Positions 1 to 12,193 of a stretch of 64,000 nt of DNA are shown here, one piece after another. Position 1 is the first letter of the stretch. The number at the start of each line of letters is the position of its first letter. The stretch is from Camelus ferus. Taxonomy: Eukaryota. The DNA is taken from assembly GCF_009834535.1 (NCBI RefSeq), contig NC_045697.1, positions 56,608,001-56,672,000 of the forward strand. The letters are read 5' to 3'. Under the pieces are notes generated by a model. It saw only the letters and a list, made by a program, of their open reading frames with translations, searched no databases and was not told the DNA's origin. Position numbers and translations under genes: made by a program.

Positions 1-1424
1 AAAAAAGGGAAGAAAGTAAGAAACAGAGATGTATAACATAATACAATTTATTTAGAAATATATGTACATAAAAATTTTGTAAAACACACAAATGCAGATT
101 AAACACAGTTGTGTGGAGAGGGGGATGGAGGGAGAAAGAAGAGGATCCCTAAACAGAGAAAAGATAATAACCTTGCATAAACTGTGGTACAAAGTATTAA
201 AAATACTTTTTTGTCAAAAATACTTAGATGCTATTTAAACACATGGGATTTGATGAAGTTCTAGAGGGAAGACTGCACAGATAGAAGACAGGAAGACTCC
301 ACCCATACAATTCTGTAACACTGCAAGGATTTAGACGGAGGACAGACAACATGCAGCAAAGGAGACTGAAGAATGAATATGAAACTATCAGTAATACATA
401 ATACTTACATAGTCTGTTTTGGTTAGAACAGTAGGAGTTCTTAAATAGCAGACTAAACCACAATGCTGAACAGTGGCAGAAAAGACTAGAGATCTCAGTG
501 AATCCCAAGGAGAAACCACTTTTAAAGGCGCTCAAATGCCTTGAGGCTTTGAATGAAAGCTGAGCCCAGAGTCACTCAGCATCCTCTGAAGACAGTCAAC
601 GCCTATTACAGCCTCATAGATATTACCAGATGCTAATATTGTTCATTCTTAGTTATCAAAGAAAGATAAAATTATGTTCAGTAAACTTTCTAATTTAAGT
701 TATTACGTGTTCTTTCAAAAACAAAGGAGGATGACCTTCAGAATAGACCGGGGACTTCTAGTACCCACAACACAATACTCTACCGAAATCATGTTGGATA
801 ATGAAGGTGCCATAATGAGTAATTACAGATTGCAATGATATGCTATGGTGAGAACATGACTTCTGTATGCATGGTGTAGATTTCTTCAATGTTCATAAAT
901 CATCATTCAAGGTAATCTTGATAGCAGCCAGAAAAAATTAAAGGTGTTAGAAAAGTTATTCAACATATAATAGGATGGAATGAACCCATACATTTGTAAA
1001 TCAGCAGTATTTAAGCACAGCAATACAGGGGAATAGTTATAATTTATACTTAAACCTGAATAAGGATACTTTCAGAGATTAGTTTCTAATTTGTTTAGCA
1101 AGTAGTTTTGTTACATTTAAATTTAGGTTGTATTGATAAAAGGAGTGTGACGCTTTTAAAAGAAAGGTCGTATCATAAATGCAAGCTTAGCAGTATTAAA
1201 AAAAGAAGGTAGATCTGATTAATTGCAGGCTTCAGCTAGGGAAATAAATTAGTGAATGAATTAATAATCTTCTGATTGAGGAGAAAGAAGGGTGACCTAT
1301 AGAAAATGTGTGAGCACAACTAGACTCCAAGACAATGAGTACTAATTCTGATTCTTATTGATATAAAAACACTTTACAGAGAAGAGAAGGCATCATTGCT
1401 TTCAGGTTAGGATTTATATAAAAT

Positions 1425-1652
1425 AGGAATTAAAAGATGCTTTGACTCTGGAGTCAAATTGCTTGGCTTTGAATCACACCCATGCAACTCACTGGAAATG
1501 TAACATTGCTGATTTACTTAAACTTGTATGCTTCCATTTTCTTTTCTGTGAATTCAGAGTATTAGCACATATCTTGTCAGGTTACTGTGAATACTAAAAT
1601 AACGACTCTGTGTGAAGCACACAGAACGATACCTGGCATGTAGCTATTATTA
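1425..1652 (+). mobile_element. MIR SINE (degraded)
   Basis: MIR-like succession gactctggagtcaaattgcttggctttgaatc...ttacttaaacttgtatgcttccattttc...gtgaagcacacagaacgatacctggcatgtag; boundaries approximate. Confidence 0.65.
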
Positions 1653-1783
1653 TAAAATAAGTTATGACTTAAAAGTAAGTCAGATGAGGAACAATTTCTG
1701 CTGCTCCCATCATTGACATGTAGACTTAACTTTATCATTTGGATGCTTTACTTCACATTATCAGCAAAAAATCAGCTTTGTTC

Positions 1784-1786
<3 letters not shown>

Positions 1787-1854
<68 letters not shown>
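1787..1854. repeat. Compound (TG)n(TA)n microsatellite
   Basis: Directly visible dinucleotide runs. Confidence 0.97.
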
Positions 1855-2594
1855 AACTTAATTATAATCCTCTATCAGGATACCTGGAAAAATCAAGAGG
1901 ATTCTGAAAAATGAGACAGATTATAAAGGTGAAAAATCAACAACAAAAACAATGACTGGCTCCAGCACAGGCAAATGAAGTGAAAACCAGATAATCAGAA
2001 GTAAATCACACAATTTGAGGCAAATTATAAGCAGGAGTATATGATGCCAGAAATAATTTTTAAAATCAAATCCCAGATATTAAGGGTTGCTAAATCCCTT
2101 CTGCAGATGATCAGATTTGTCCTGGAGACCATGACTAGGCTGACCCTGCAGGAGTAGCTCAAGTTTCTCTAGAGATGGAGAGAGAATACATAAAGGACAG
2201 GTGTTTATAAACAATGGTTGGTCTTGATAACAATGGTTGTGCCATTCATTTACTTCTACACAGAATGGTAATGTCATCAAATAAATCATGTTACAAAGGT
2301 CAAACCTGAAAACACTTTTTCTTATGTTGATCCCAACAACATAAAATTCTCAAGAGATTCCATTGTTATAATTGTTTTAAGTAGCTGTATATATACTAAT
2401 AAAAGGAGATACCTAAGGATGACTCTCAAGAGACTAGTAAAAGAATCTTAATTGCAGTCGTTACCCATCCGTATTTTAATAGGAAATTACTGCCTGCATG
2501 ATGAAACCATCAATCACAAGTTCAAAAACTGTAACTTAGGGGTTAGAAATTTTGAAAACTTCCTCTATTTAACTGTTTGGGAACAATGAGAAAC

Positions 2595-2790
2595 TGTGTT
2601 GTAAAGATACAACCAATAAGTTTGGAAAAAGTCCTAAGCTAAAATCCAGCTCAAAACTGATCTTGGTCAAGTCACTTAAACTCATCTTAATTTCCATGTC
2701 TTCTACACAGTTGTGAGAGTCAAATCAAGGAGTGCAAAGATAAAATATGTAAACTGTAAATTGTCCTATAGATGCAAGTTATTATCATAT
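2595..2790 (+). mobile_element. MIR SINE fragment
   Basis: tgatcttggtcaagtcacttaaactc...gttgtgagagtcaaat...aaactgtaaattgtcctatagatgcaagttatt resembles MIR core and 3' end. Confidence 0.5.
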
Positions 2791-5700
2791 GCCATAGTAC
2801 CTCATCTCAATCTTGTTCTAGGTTAATCTATTATAATTTATATGCTTGAATAATTAATGTTTTCTGTTGGCCAATGGACTTTTATTGTTCTCCTAGAATA
2901 GGGTGACTCCAAAAGAATACAGCATTTTAAAATTGTGCTATTTAATAACTAGATTACATATGAACATGTCTGTAAACACACTTGTAACAGACCTATCAGT
3001 TATTTACACAATTTTACAAAGATTCATTGTGTACTCCTCATGTTACATTTCATACATCAATTCTGCAATCTAATTCAACCCCAAGTGCCAAGAATATATC
3101 ACTATTATTGGGTGAAATGATATATTGTACAATTAATCATCCAATCAGGAATATTTGATAGTATTAAAATAATAAATAATGTTTTTAAGATATTTATTTT
3201 AGTTGTCAAGGATAGTTTTATTATTCTGTTATACTTATACAATAGTTCTATTCAAATTATTTTCAAAAAATTGAATTATTTTTTAAAATTGTAGCATCAT
3301 ACATCTACATATTTACAAGAATGCATGATTTATAATTCTTTATGTGTATTTTCTGACCATCAAAAAATAAAAGCAAATAATTATTCTTGGCACAAAGTAA
3401 CATATTTTAATCATTTTTCTTAGTCATAGGTGTCTCTAATACTATTTCAGTTGTTTTTCTGAAAAATGAATTTTTTCACATATGGACTAATTATTTTTAT
3501 CAGTCTCTATATTTTATTAGTCTATTAAATGATCTGTTTATATTGTCATGAAGTGGCAGTCATATTCCTCAAACTTCCATATTACGGTTAACTGATTATT
3601 CTCTATAGACTAAAATCTTTTAATCAACAAAATATTTTCTGTATAGATACTTACGTACTTGGTAAATTCTGGTAAGATTCCACTAAATGGAGAGTATCTC
3701 AAGTCTCATATTTTCCATAATAAAAATTGTGATTATCTCAGATTTAAGATTTTTATGGCTCTGTACTTTTGCCTCCAAACATATTCCCTTGCTTTTGCAA
3801 ATATTTTATGAGCATTAGATGCACACTCTCTGCCATATTTGACTACTTGTTCAAGTTGGACTCCAGGAGGTTTGTATATTTTCAGAAACAATGAATACGA
3901 AGAGATCTTTTTCTCATATACAAATGTGGTTTTGTTACTTCTGTGTTTTGCCAATCGGACATGTGAAAAAAATTGAACCTTTTTAAAAAAATTTGCATTT
4001 AAAAAAATCAGCTTGTGAGGTTCAAACTGTCTTTTTGCATTTTTATGAAATCTACTATTATAATATCAATAATGAGGTATCACATACAATTCCTAGTGTG
4101 AATAACAGATTACTTGAGAATTATATGAGACATTTCAGGTTAAGTGATTAGCACAGCTCCCATCCCATAGTAAGACGTTAATAGTTAAGATGGAATTGTT
4201 ATTTATCTAGTAAATTTTGTTTAGTTTCTTTTTCCAATTTTTTATTTTTTATTATTTTATGAATTCTGTATATATATTAAAGTCATCAATCTTTGTCACA
4301 CATTTTGCATTTTTTCCAGTTTATCATTTCCTTTTAACTTCATACATTGTGATTCTTGGTTATTTAGGGGATGATGGGACCTAATGCACATGTTTTTATT
4401 TAGGTAGTAGGTAGATTTGCATTTTTTCAGGCATAATCCTTAATAGAGAGTTCAAATGTTAGAGATGGAAAGTAAGAAGAGATGAAATGAATCCAACCTT
4501 TGCACAAGAAATTTCATAGCTAATTCTACATTGTGTTTAGGTAATACACAAACAAATTAAAAACAAAAGCACATTTTCAACTCTGATTAAAGCAAACCTT
4601 AAAAATTAAAAACTGACTGCTCTGAGATTAGGTATGGTTTAAACAAGAGACTTGCCTTGAGCTCAGGATGACATGTGGAAAAGCAGGATCATTCAATGAA
4701 ACTAATCTTAGGTGTCTTTTATATAAAGGCAAATCCAAAATCAATTCTGCTTTAAAAAAATTGATTTGGGATCAGAACTACATATAAATGCTAAATCAAC
4801 ATTCAAGATAACAAACTATATTGAAGACATTCTTAATACATATTGACAGTCACTTGATGAAGGTAACAGGATTGATCCTAATTCTTGTTCTAATAATTAT
4901 TCATTTATTCATGTCCAAATGATTTCCAAGGAAAAAACCCTTCTCTTTCTTTCTTCAATTTTTAATTATCTCCACTGTCCTAAAGTTCAAATTTTCTAAA
5001 ATTTCTAGTTTTAATATATTAAAAGTATAATTTCTAGAAATCATAACATACTGAGAAATTTGGTAATTTATTATCCAAATAACTGGGAAATCAGCAAATT
5101 AAAAATGATTACCATTAGAGAATATTATTTTGAAGATATTCACTGGTGGATTTTTCAGGTGAATATAAAAATTTTTGTTTCAAATTTGAAAGATTAATAT
5201 AGTTTTATGTTTGTTTTAACATTTCTTCTTTCTCTCTCTTAAAGATACCCTTTTGTTTCTGGTTTCACTCTTACCACAACTTCATAACTTCACACAAGTA
5301 TTTAATCACCTTGCAAAAATGTTCTTGTTTTCATCATATCATTCATAGTGCTAAAGAACCTTTATTTCAATGGGACAGTGATTGCTGACCTTGTCAGTAA
5401 GAGTTAGAAAATGTGAACAACTTGACTGGTATCCTATGAGTTTATATAGAAAACTGTCCTCTCTTCACCAACACCACTGGAGCTGAGCAGTTACTTTCTG
5501 CATAACCCTTCCTCTTATGACTCACACAGACTCTTGACAAGTTCACTGACCACAGACAATCTAAACTTGGCCTTATCTGACATTATCTTCTTTGATGTAA
5601 AAGAAACTTTCTTTTCTTGTAAAGTTAGTCTTGTCTGGTCCACACCTGTATTGGAAAATACCCCATGATTCCTTACGTTGACTTAATCCACTCCAAAGAA

Positions 5701-7794
5701 TGAGTTGTCTGATTTAACAGTCAGAAAAATTTCTCCACCTCTCTCTATTTTTTTCTCCCCTCTTGCTCTTTCTCTGTCTTGTTCTTTTTGTATCTTTCAT
5801 ATGAAAAACTGGTGGTTCTACTCTGTTACTTTTATACGATACTGACCTCACATTTTGGCCCCTTCTAGAGGTAAATGTGGAAGCCCACTTTTCTCTCTGT
5901 TTCAAGTAAGGGACTCTAAGGATGGACGTTGAGTGTGTCGTCTCTGTAGATGCAAACTCTTTCTTTGGTTGGATTACCCAAGGTTCAATAATTTAACAAT
6001 TAATGGAGATTATAAGAATATTTGACTGTGACCTATATCTAATCCACAATTTCCAATCTAGTCTTTATTGCATTAATTTATTAGTATTAACACCAGTACT
6101 TGGATATCTTTCTCTTTGACTCCACTGTTTGACTTCTCAATTGATTCTGAACTTAGTTGAGACATTAGGGTTGTGGGAAATTATCACTAGTAAACTCAAA
6201 CACAGGGAAATAACCCTAAGTCCAATAAGTATGTAGCCCTGACAGCCATGTTAGCATATTTTCTTGACCCTAGCCACAGATGCATGATCAGAGTTAAACA
6301 TTCTGACACATAAGTGGATTTATCAGATTCTGTCTCTTCAGTATTATATTTTGTATTGAGATATTCACTATCTCCAGGTATCTGAGAAACTACAAAATGA
6401 CCAAAATTTCACCTGCCTTGTAAAAGGAAGAATATAAAAGGTATGAATAACAATAAAACAAATGAGAGCAGAGATACTGTATTGAGAGAATTTCCATGGC
6501 TTGGTTCCAAGGTTTAGTTTGAGCTAAATTTTAACTTAGATTCTTTGTATTTATATAGTACTTCAGTTAGGTTTAGGTATCTTAAAACAAATAATTTATT
6601 ATAGAAATAATTCTGCCTGTAGCAGACATTGATACCTAGTTAATTCAAATTGCCCAAGCTCTTTCTTCCTTGTCTGCCTCCATCATGGGAAAAGTTACAT
6701 ATTCACCTTGCCAGCTATCCCAGAAGTTATGGATTATAGAAGTCTAAATCTACTTAGGGCTTCTATGAAAGTTTTTCTTCTTCATAATAATGACTGAGTA
6801 AAATGGTACCAAATATTTCCTCCAACTGGGTTGAATATTTCCTAGAATTTATCTTCCCAAGGGAAATTACTCATTAATAACTAGCCACCCCAGGACAAAA
6901 GGAAATACTAGGTTAGAAAATACAGATCCTTATAAGATATGTTGTACTTACAAACTTTTATTTCAAGGTCGCTTTTATAAGGTAGGGTTTGTCTCATAGA
7001 GCTTAATTATACTGATTCAAAAGATGAAATTGTAATTTGACACTACCATTATGAAAACAGTGGTTCTAGGAAGTATAAAGGTTTCAGGAGTAGAGCTTAA
7101 ATTACTGTCACTGGGAACAGTGTTTAATTAGTTTTAGATATCTTCTCTGCTTAAGACTGATACATTAACTTGCTGGAGCTTTATTTTTCATTACCAAAGT
7201 CCCAGACTGATTAACTTGTTCTATGATCTGTGTAATCAATTGTTTATCGTGAATTGAACCAACAGCTGCAGAACACAGTTGGAAATAACCCAGGAGCAAA
7301 GGAAGACATGATTTCAGGAATAGAAAAACAAAATGTAAGGAATCAAGCCAACTAAAATATAACTTATGCAAAGATGAGTTTAAAGGTGTCTCTTGTGCGC
7401 TACTTCTCATGTATTAACAAGAATTAGTCACAGCCCTTAGGTCTTAGAGTAAAAATATTGACACAATGTAGGAAGTAAATTATCTATAAGCATAACCGAA
7501 AAGTTTGAGATTCTATTTTTACTCTAAAAAGTTTAATTATGTTGCCAGGAAAACTTACAATGTTCTTCAGAGATTTTTTATCATTGGTGTTCTAGTTGTA
7601 TACATCTATTGGACTTAAGGCCTTTTATTATTTTCATGTATAAAACTATTTACTTTTTGAATATATTAAGAAATGCCTACTTAGATTTATAATTCATTAT
7701 CATCTCAATGAAATTGTTATTCATTATAATGACTAAAATTATGTTAGTAAATGGTTAGTGTGAGCTATAAACAGTGCATTCTATAGCAGTATAC

Positions 7795-7865
7795 ATTTTT
7801 AAAAATTGAAGTACAGTTGATTTACAATGCTGCATTAGTTTCTGGTGTACAGCGTAGGGATTCAG

Positions 7866-7920
<55 letters not shown>

Positions 7921-8940
7921 CTTTTTCATTATAGGTTATTACAAGATATTGAATGTAGTTCCTTTTGCTACATAGTAGGACTTTGTTGTTTATCTGTTTT
8001 ATATATAGTAGTTTGTATCTGCTAATCCCAGACTCCTAATTTATCCCTCCTTCTCTTCATTCCCCTTTGGTAACCATAAGGTTGTTATCTATGTCTGTGA
8101 GTCTCTTTCTGTTTTATAAATAAGTACATTTGTATCATTTTTTTTTAGATTCCACACATAAGTGATAACATGATATTTGTCTTTCTTCTTCTGATTTACT
8201 TCACTTAGTATGATAATCTCTAAATTCACTATGTTCCTGCACATGGCATTATTTCATTCTTTTTATGGCTGAGTAGTATTCCATTGTATATATTTAACAC
8301 AACTTCTTTATCCAGTCATTTGCTGATGGACATTTAGGTTGCTTCCATGTCTTGGCTATTGTAAATAGTGCTATTACAAACACTGGGGTGCATGTATCTT
8401 TTCAAATTAGAGTTTTCTCTGGATATATGCCAGGAGCGGGATTGGATCATATCATAACTCTACTCTTAGTTTTTTAAGGACTTGCCATACTGTTTTCCAT
8501 AGTGGCTGCACCAAAACACATTCCTATCAGTATAGGAAGGTTTCCTTTTACTCACACCCTCTCCAGCACTTATTATTTGTGGAATTTTTATGATGGGCAT
8601 TGTCACTGGTGTGAGGTGATAACTCATTGTGGTTTTGATTTGCATTTCTTGGTAGTTACTGATGCTGAACATCTTTTCATGTGCCTGTTGGCTATCTGTA
8701 TGTCTTCTTTGGAAAAATACCTATCTATATCTTCCACTCATTTTTTGATTGGGTTTTTGTTTTTCTGTTATTGAGTTCTATGAGCTGTTTATATATTCTG
8801 GAAATTAAGCCCTTGTCAGTCACATAATTTGCAAATATTTTCTCCCAGTCCTTACGTTGCCTTTTCACTTTGTTTGTGGTTTCCTTTGCTGTGCAAAAAC
8901 TTTTAGGTTTTATCATGTCCCATTTAGAAATTTTTGCAAT
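7795..8940 (-). mobile_element. 5'-truncated older L1 (ORF2 C-terminus plus cetartiodactyl-type 3' UTR)
   Basis: Minus-strand ORFs 8725-8946 ([23 protein letters not shown]...[22 protein letters not shown]) and 8466-8672 ([15 protein letters not shown]) are L1 ORF2 C-terminal peptides; 3' end attgaagtacagttgatttacaat...gtttctggtgtacagc. Confidence 0.9.
7867..7920. repeat. (TA)n microsatellite inside L1 3' UTR
   Basis: Directly visible. Confidence 0.97.
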
Positions 8941-9186
8941 GAACATTTATTTGTTATTTATTTATTTTAAATTTATTAACTAGCTAATATTTAACACTAA
9001 GGTAAATTAGGTTTTCACAAAAATAGTTTAGTATTTAATTTCAAAACCATAAGCTATTAAAAAGAACACAGCATGAAATGAATGAAATAGGTCAAATTTA
9101 ATTTTTAAATCATAATTCAAATTTTAAATTATTTTCTTCATTTTTCTTCTTAGTGATTTTATTTATTTACTTATTTTTCAGTAATT

Positions 9187-9232
9187 TGCCTTGTTTCCTT
9201 TCACAGGGTTTGAATCCTATACAAAATTTTTG
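9187..9232 (+). mobile_element. LTR16-like (ERVL) LTR 3' fragment, left part, split by L1 copy A
   Basis: tgccttgtttcctttcacagggtttgaatcctatacaaaattttt joins 16316-16375 to give an LTR16-like 3' end terminating in tgaca. Confidence 0.5.
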
Positions 9233-9239
9233 GTGGGAA

Positions 9240-10500
9240 GAGAGAAGATGGCAGAGTAGAAGGACACTCGCAGCTCACCCTCTCCCACAAATGCACCAAG
9301 ACTCACATCCACAGACCCACTCAGCCAACCAGAGCACCTGCGGAACTCTGACAGAACATCACCCTCTTCAAAAGATAAAGATGCCAAAAATCTGGTAGGA
9401 GAAAAGGAAAAAAGAAAACAAAAGGCAAAGCAGAGCGGGACGGGTCCTGCGGTGAGGGAGCAACAAAGGAGGACTGGCGCTCGTTCGCTGGGTCTCCCCT
9501 CTCCAACTGAGAGGCCAGCTGGACGGAGGGGGAGCCTCTGAGGCTCAGGTCTGTACAGAGCAGCCCTTGACTGACAGAACTAAGTTAAAGGGGCACAGAG
9601 GGCCCCCCGACACCCAGCCTGAGACGCGGGCCGGCAACTGCGGGCAGGGCCAGGCTGCCCAAGCCGGGCAGAGGACGGGGGCGGATGCACTGAGGCAGCC
9701 CCGGGGGAACGCAAGGGGCTGCTCGCCGTGGCTGTGGGTGTACAGGGCAGAACAACCTGGGCCCTCCATAAAACAATACAGTTGAAGTGCCCTGGGGGGA
9801 AGGGTGCATACCCCCATCTCTGAAAACCTGTGGAAAGTTTTCGGGGGAAGAGATGCGGGGCTCAGGCACAGCCTCCATATCCTCTGGCGCTTAGCATCCA
9901 GGTGGCAGTGGGGGCGAAACCTGCGTCTGCACCGAAGGGCTTAGCAGCCTCAAAGGCCAGACGGAGACTTGTCTACAGCCCGAGGCAGATGGGAAACTTC
10001 CACCCAGGTCCCTCAGAGAACTTGCTCCACAAAGACAAACAAGGAGCTGAGCTTTGGCCTGGAGCAGTGACAAGGCTGTCCCTCGGTCTTCCCCGAGCCC
10101 ACCTGCAGAGCGCCAACCCAAGGTGGAGTGTGCAGCCGCACAGAGCAGGGGAGCTACCTGCGCCGGGAGAGGGAGGGCGGCCCCCCTCCTTGCAGGCAGG
10201 AATGCAGCCCCTGACCAAAGAGCTGGGAGGGGGCACGACCCGCCCTCCTACCCAGCCAGTCTGCAACATCTGACTGCGGCATTGGGAGGGGCAGTGACTC
10301 GCCCACCCACAGCAAAAGAGAGCTGCACCTGACCCAGTGTTGGGAGGAGGCGAGATCGGCTTGCCAACAGGTACTGAGAGCAGCACAGAAGAGAGCGCCA
10401 ACGGAGGGCCTCTGGAAACAGCAAGCTGAGCTTCCAAAACAGGACGAAGACAGAAAGACTTCACATTAAAAGCACACAGACTCCAGGAGAATGCCGACCC
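9240..10500 (+). promoter_or_regulatory. L1 copy A 5' UTR internal promoter (GC/CpG-rich) with YY1-type motif AAGATGGC at 9245-9252
   Basis: GC-rich island in an AT-rich background; AAGATGGC near the 5' end matches the position of the YY1 site known from mammalian L1 promoters. Confidence 0.75.
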
Positions 10501-10893
10501 CCCCCCCCTTTTTTTAAATCTGTTTTTACCTATTCTATTTTCTATTACCCTCTTAATTTTTACTTCTTAATTCATTTATATTTCTCTTGGGTTTTGATGT
10601 CCTGTTATTGATTAGACACAGGTTTCAAATACATCTTTTCATCTTTTCCCCTTTTTAAAAAGGTTTTAAAAGGATGTCTCAACGCGACTGATATTCTGCT
10701 TCAACTCGCTCTTCTATTATTCATTATACACTGTTTTCAAACCTTCTTTCTCCCTTCTTTTAAAATTCTTTCTCTCTCTCTCTTATTTTTTCTTTTTTTC
10801 CTAAGTCTTATTCCTAAATAGGCATTAGATAGATAAACTCCTTAAGGACCAAATAGATAACTGATACTCCATAAACCACAGTGCCAGAGAGGT

Positions 10894-11796
10894 ATGATCA
10901 AGATGAAGAAGCAGAGAAACCTTTCCCAATTAAAAGAACAAGAGAAATCCCCTGAAAGAAAGATCAATGAAATAGATATCGATAGCTTACTAGATCAAGA
11001 TTTCAAAAAAGGAGTGATCAAAGTGCTGAAGGAATTAAAAGAGATAGTGTTTAGAGATATAAAATATGTCAAAAATGAAATTGAAGCTATAAAGAAGAGC
11101 CAAGTAGAATGGGTAAACTCATTGACAGAGATGAGGAATGATCTAATAGCTGTGCAAAGCCGACTAGATAATGCAGAGGAACGAATTAGTGATCTAGAAG
11201 ACAGGATAACAGAAAGCACTCATTCAGAAGAGCTACAAGATAAACAAATAAAAAATAATGAAAATAGCATAAGGGACCTATGGGATAATATAAAGCATCC
11301 CAATCTTCGCATAATAGGGGTCCCAGAAGGAGAAGAAAGATCAAAGGGGATTGAAAAGGTTTTTGAAGAAATCATGACTGAAAACTTCCCAAACTTAAAG
11401 AAGGAATCAGATATCCAAGTACAGGAAGCTCAGAGGGTCCCAAACAGGAAGAACCCAAATAGACCCACACCAAGACATATCATAATCAAGATGGCCAGAG
11501 TCAAGGATAAAGAAATGATTCTAAAGGCAACAAGAGAAAAGCAAAGAGTATGTTACAAGGGAACCCCCATAAGGCTCTCAGCTGATTTCTCTACACAAAC
11601 ACTACAGGCCAGAAGGGAGTGGCAAGATATATTCAAAGTCCTGAATGAAAAAAAGATGCAGCCTAGGATCCTTTATCCAGCAAGGCTATCCTTGAGGATA
11701 GAAGGAGAAATAAAGAATTTCACAGACAAGAAAGAGCTGCAGGAGTTTAGGAACACTAAACCCATGCTAAAAGAAATATTGAAAGGTCTACTCTAA
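10894..11796 (+). CDS. L1 ORF1p (300 aa; coiled coil, RRM, CTD), uninterrupted
   Basis: Open ATG-to-TAA frame with NLRIIGVPEGEE, ENFPNL, PRHIIIKM, REKQ, PIRLSADFS, QARREW and YPARLS motifs. Confidence 0.93.
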   Translation: MIKMKKQRNLSQLKEQEKSPERKINEIDIDSLLDQDFKKGVIKVLKELKEIVFRDIKYVKNEIEAIKKSQVEWVNSLTEMRNDLIAVQSRLDNAEERISDLEDRITESTHSEELQDKQIKNNENSIRDLWDNIKHPNLRIIGVPEGEERSKGIEKVFEEIMTENFPNLKKESDIQVQEAQRVPNRKNPNRPTPRHIIIKMARVKDKEMILKATREKQRVCYKGTPIRLSADFSTQTLQARREWQDIFKVLNEKKMQPRILYPARLSLRIEGEIKNFTDKKELQEFRNTKPMLKEILKGLL

Positions 11797-12193
11797 AAAG
11801 AAAAGCAGCAGGATGCTACAGAAATGAGAAACTCACAACTGGAAAGGTGATAACTCATGAATTACAAATAAACACGAAATTATAAAAGAAGACATACAAA
11901 TCACTGAGAGTGGGAGAGGGAGGCAGGGAAATATAGAATATTTTTCTTTCTTTTTAAAATTATTTTAACAGTAGGATGGGTTTGAGATCATGTTACTATC
12001 AGTTTCATAAAAACAGTTATAGTAATAGGCTAATAGATTTATGAAAAAGGGTAACCACAAGCCAAAAACTTACAAGGGAGTCACAAAAATTAAATAAAAT
12101 CCATGATAACACAAAGGAAAATTACCAAACCACAAAAGGAAGAAGAAAGGAACAAAAAGGATATACCAATTCAACTGCAAAGATAAGTTCAAA

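Noticed and set aside
224..535. Short ORFs of 60-130 aa scattered through AT-rich DNA (this one and many others in the track)
   Set aside because: No recognisable domains, low-complexity composition, often non-ATG starts or overlapping repeats.
9973..10464. Antisense 163-aa ORF in the copy A 5' UTR, with a homologous 162-aa ORF at 39036-39524 in copy B (ORF0-like?)
   Set aside because: The called starts are GTG/TTG. After the shared in-frame ATG the two copies change frame within about 25 codons, and long ORFs are expected by chance in GC-rich UTRs.
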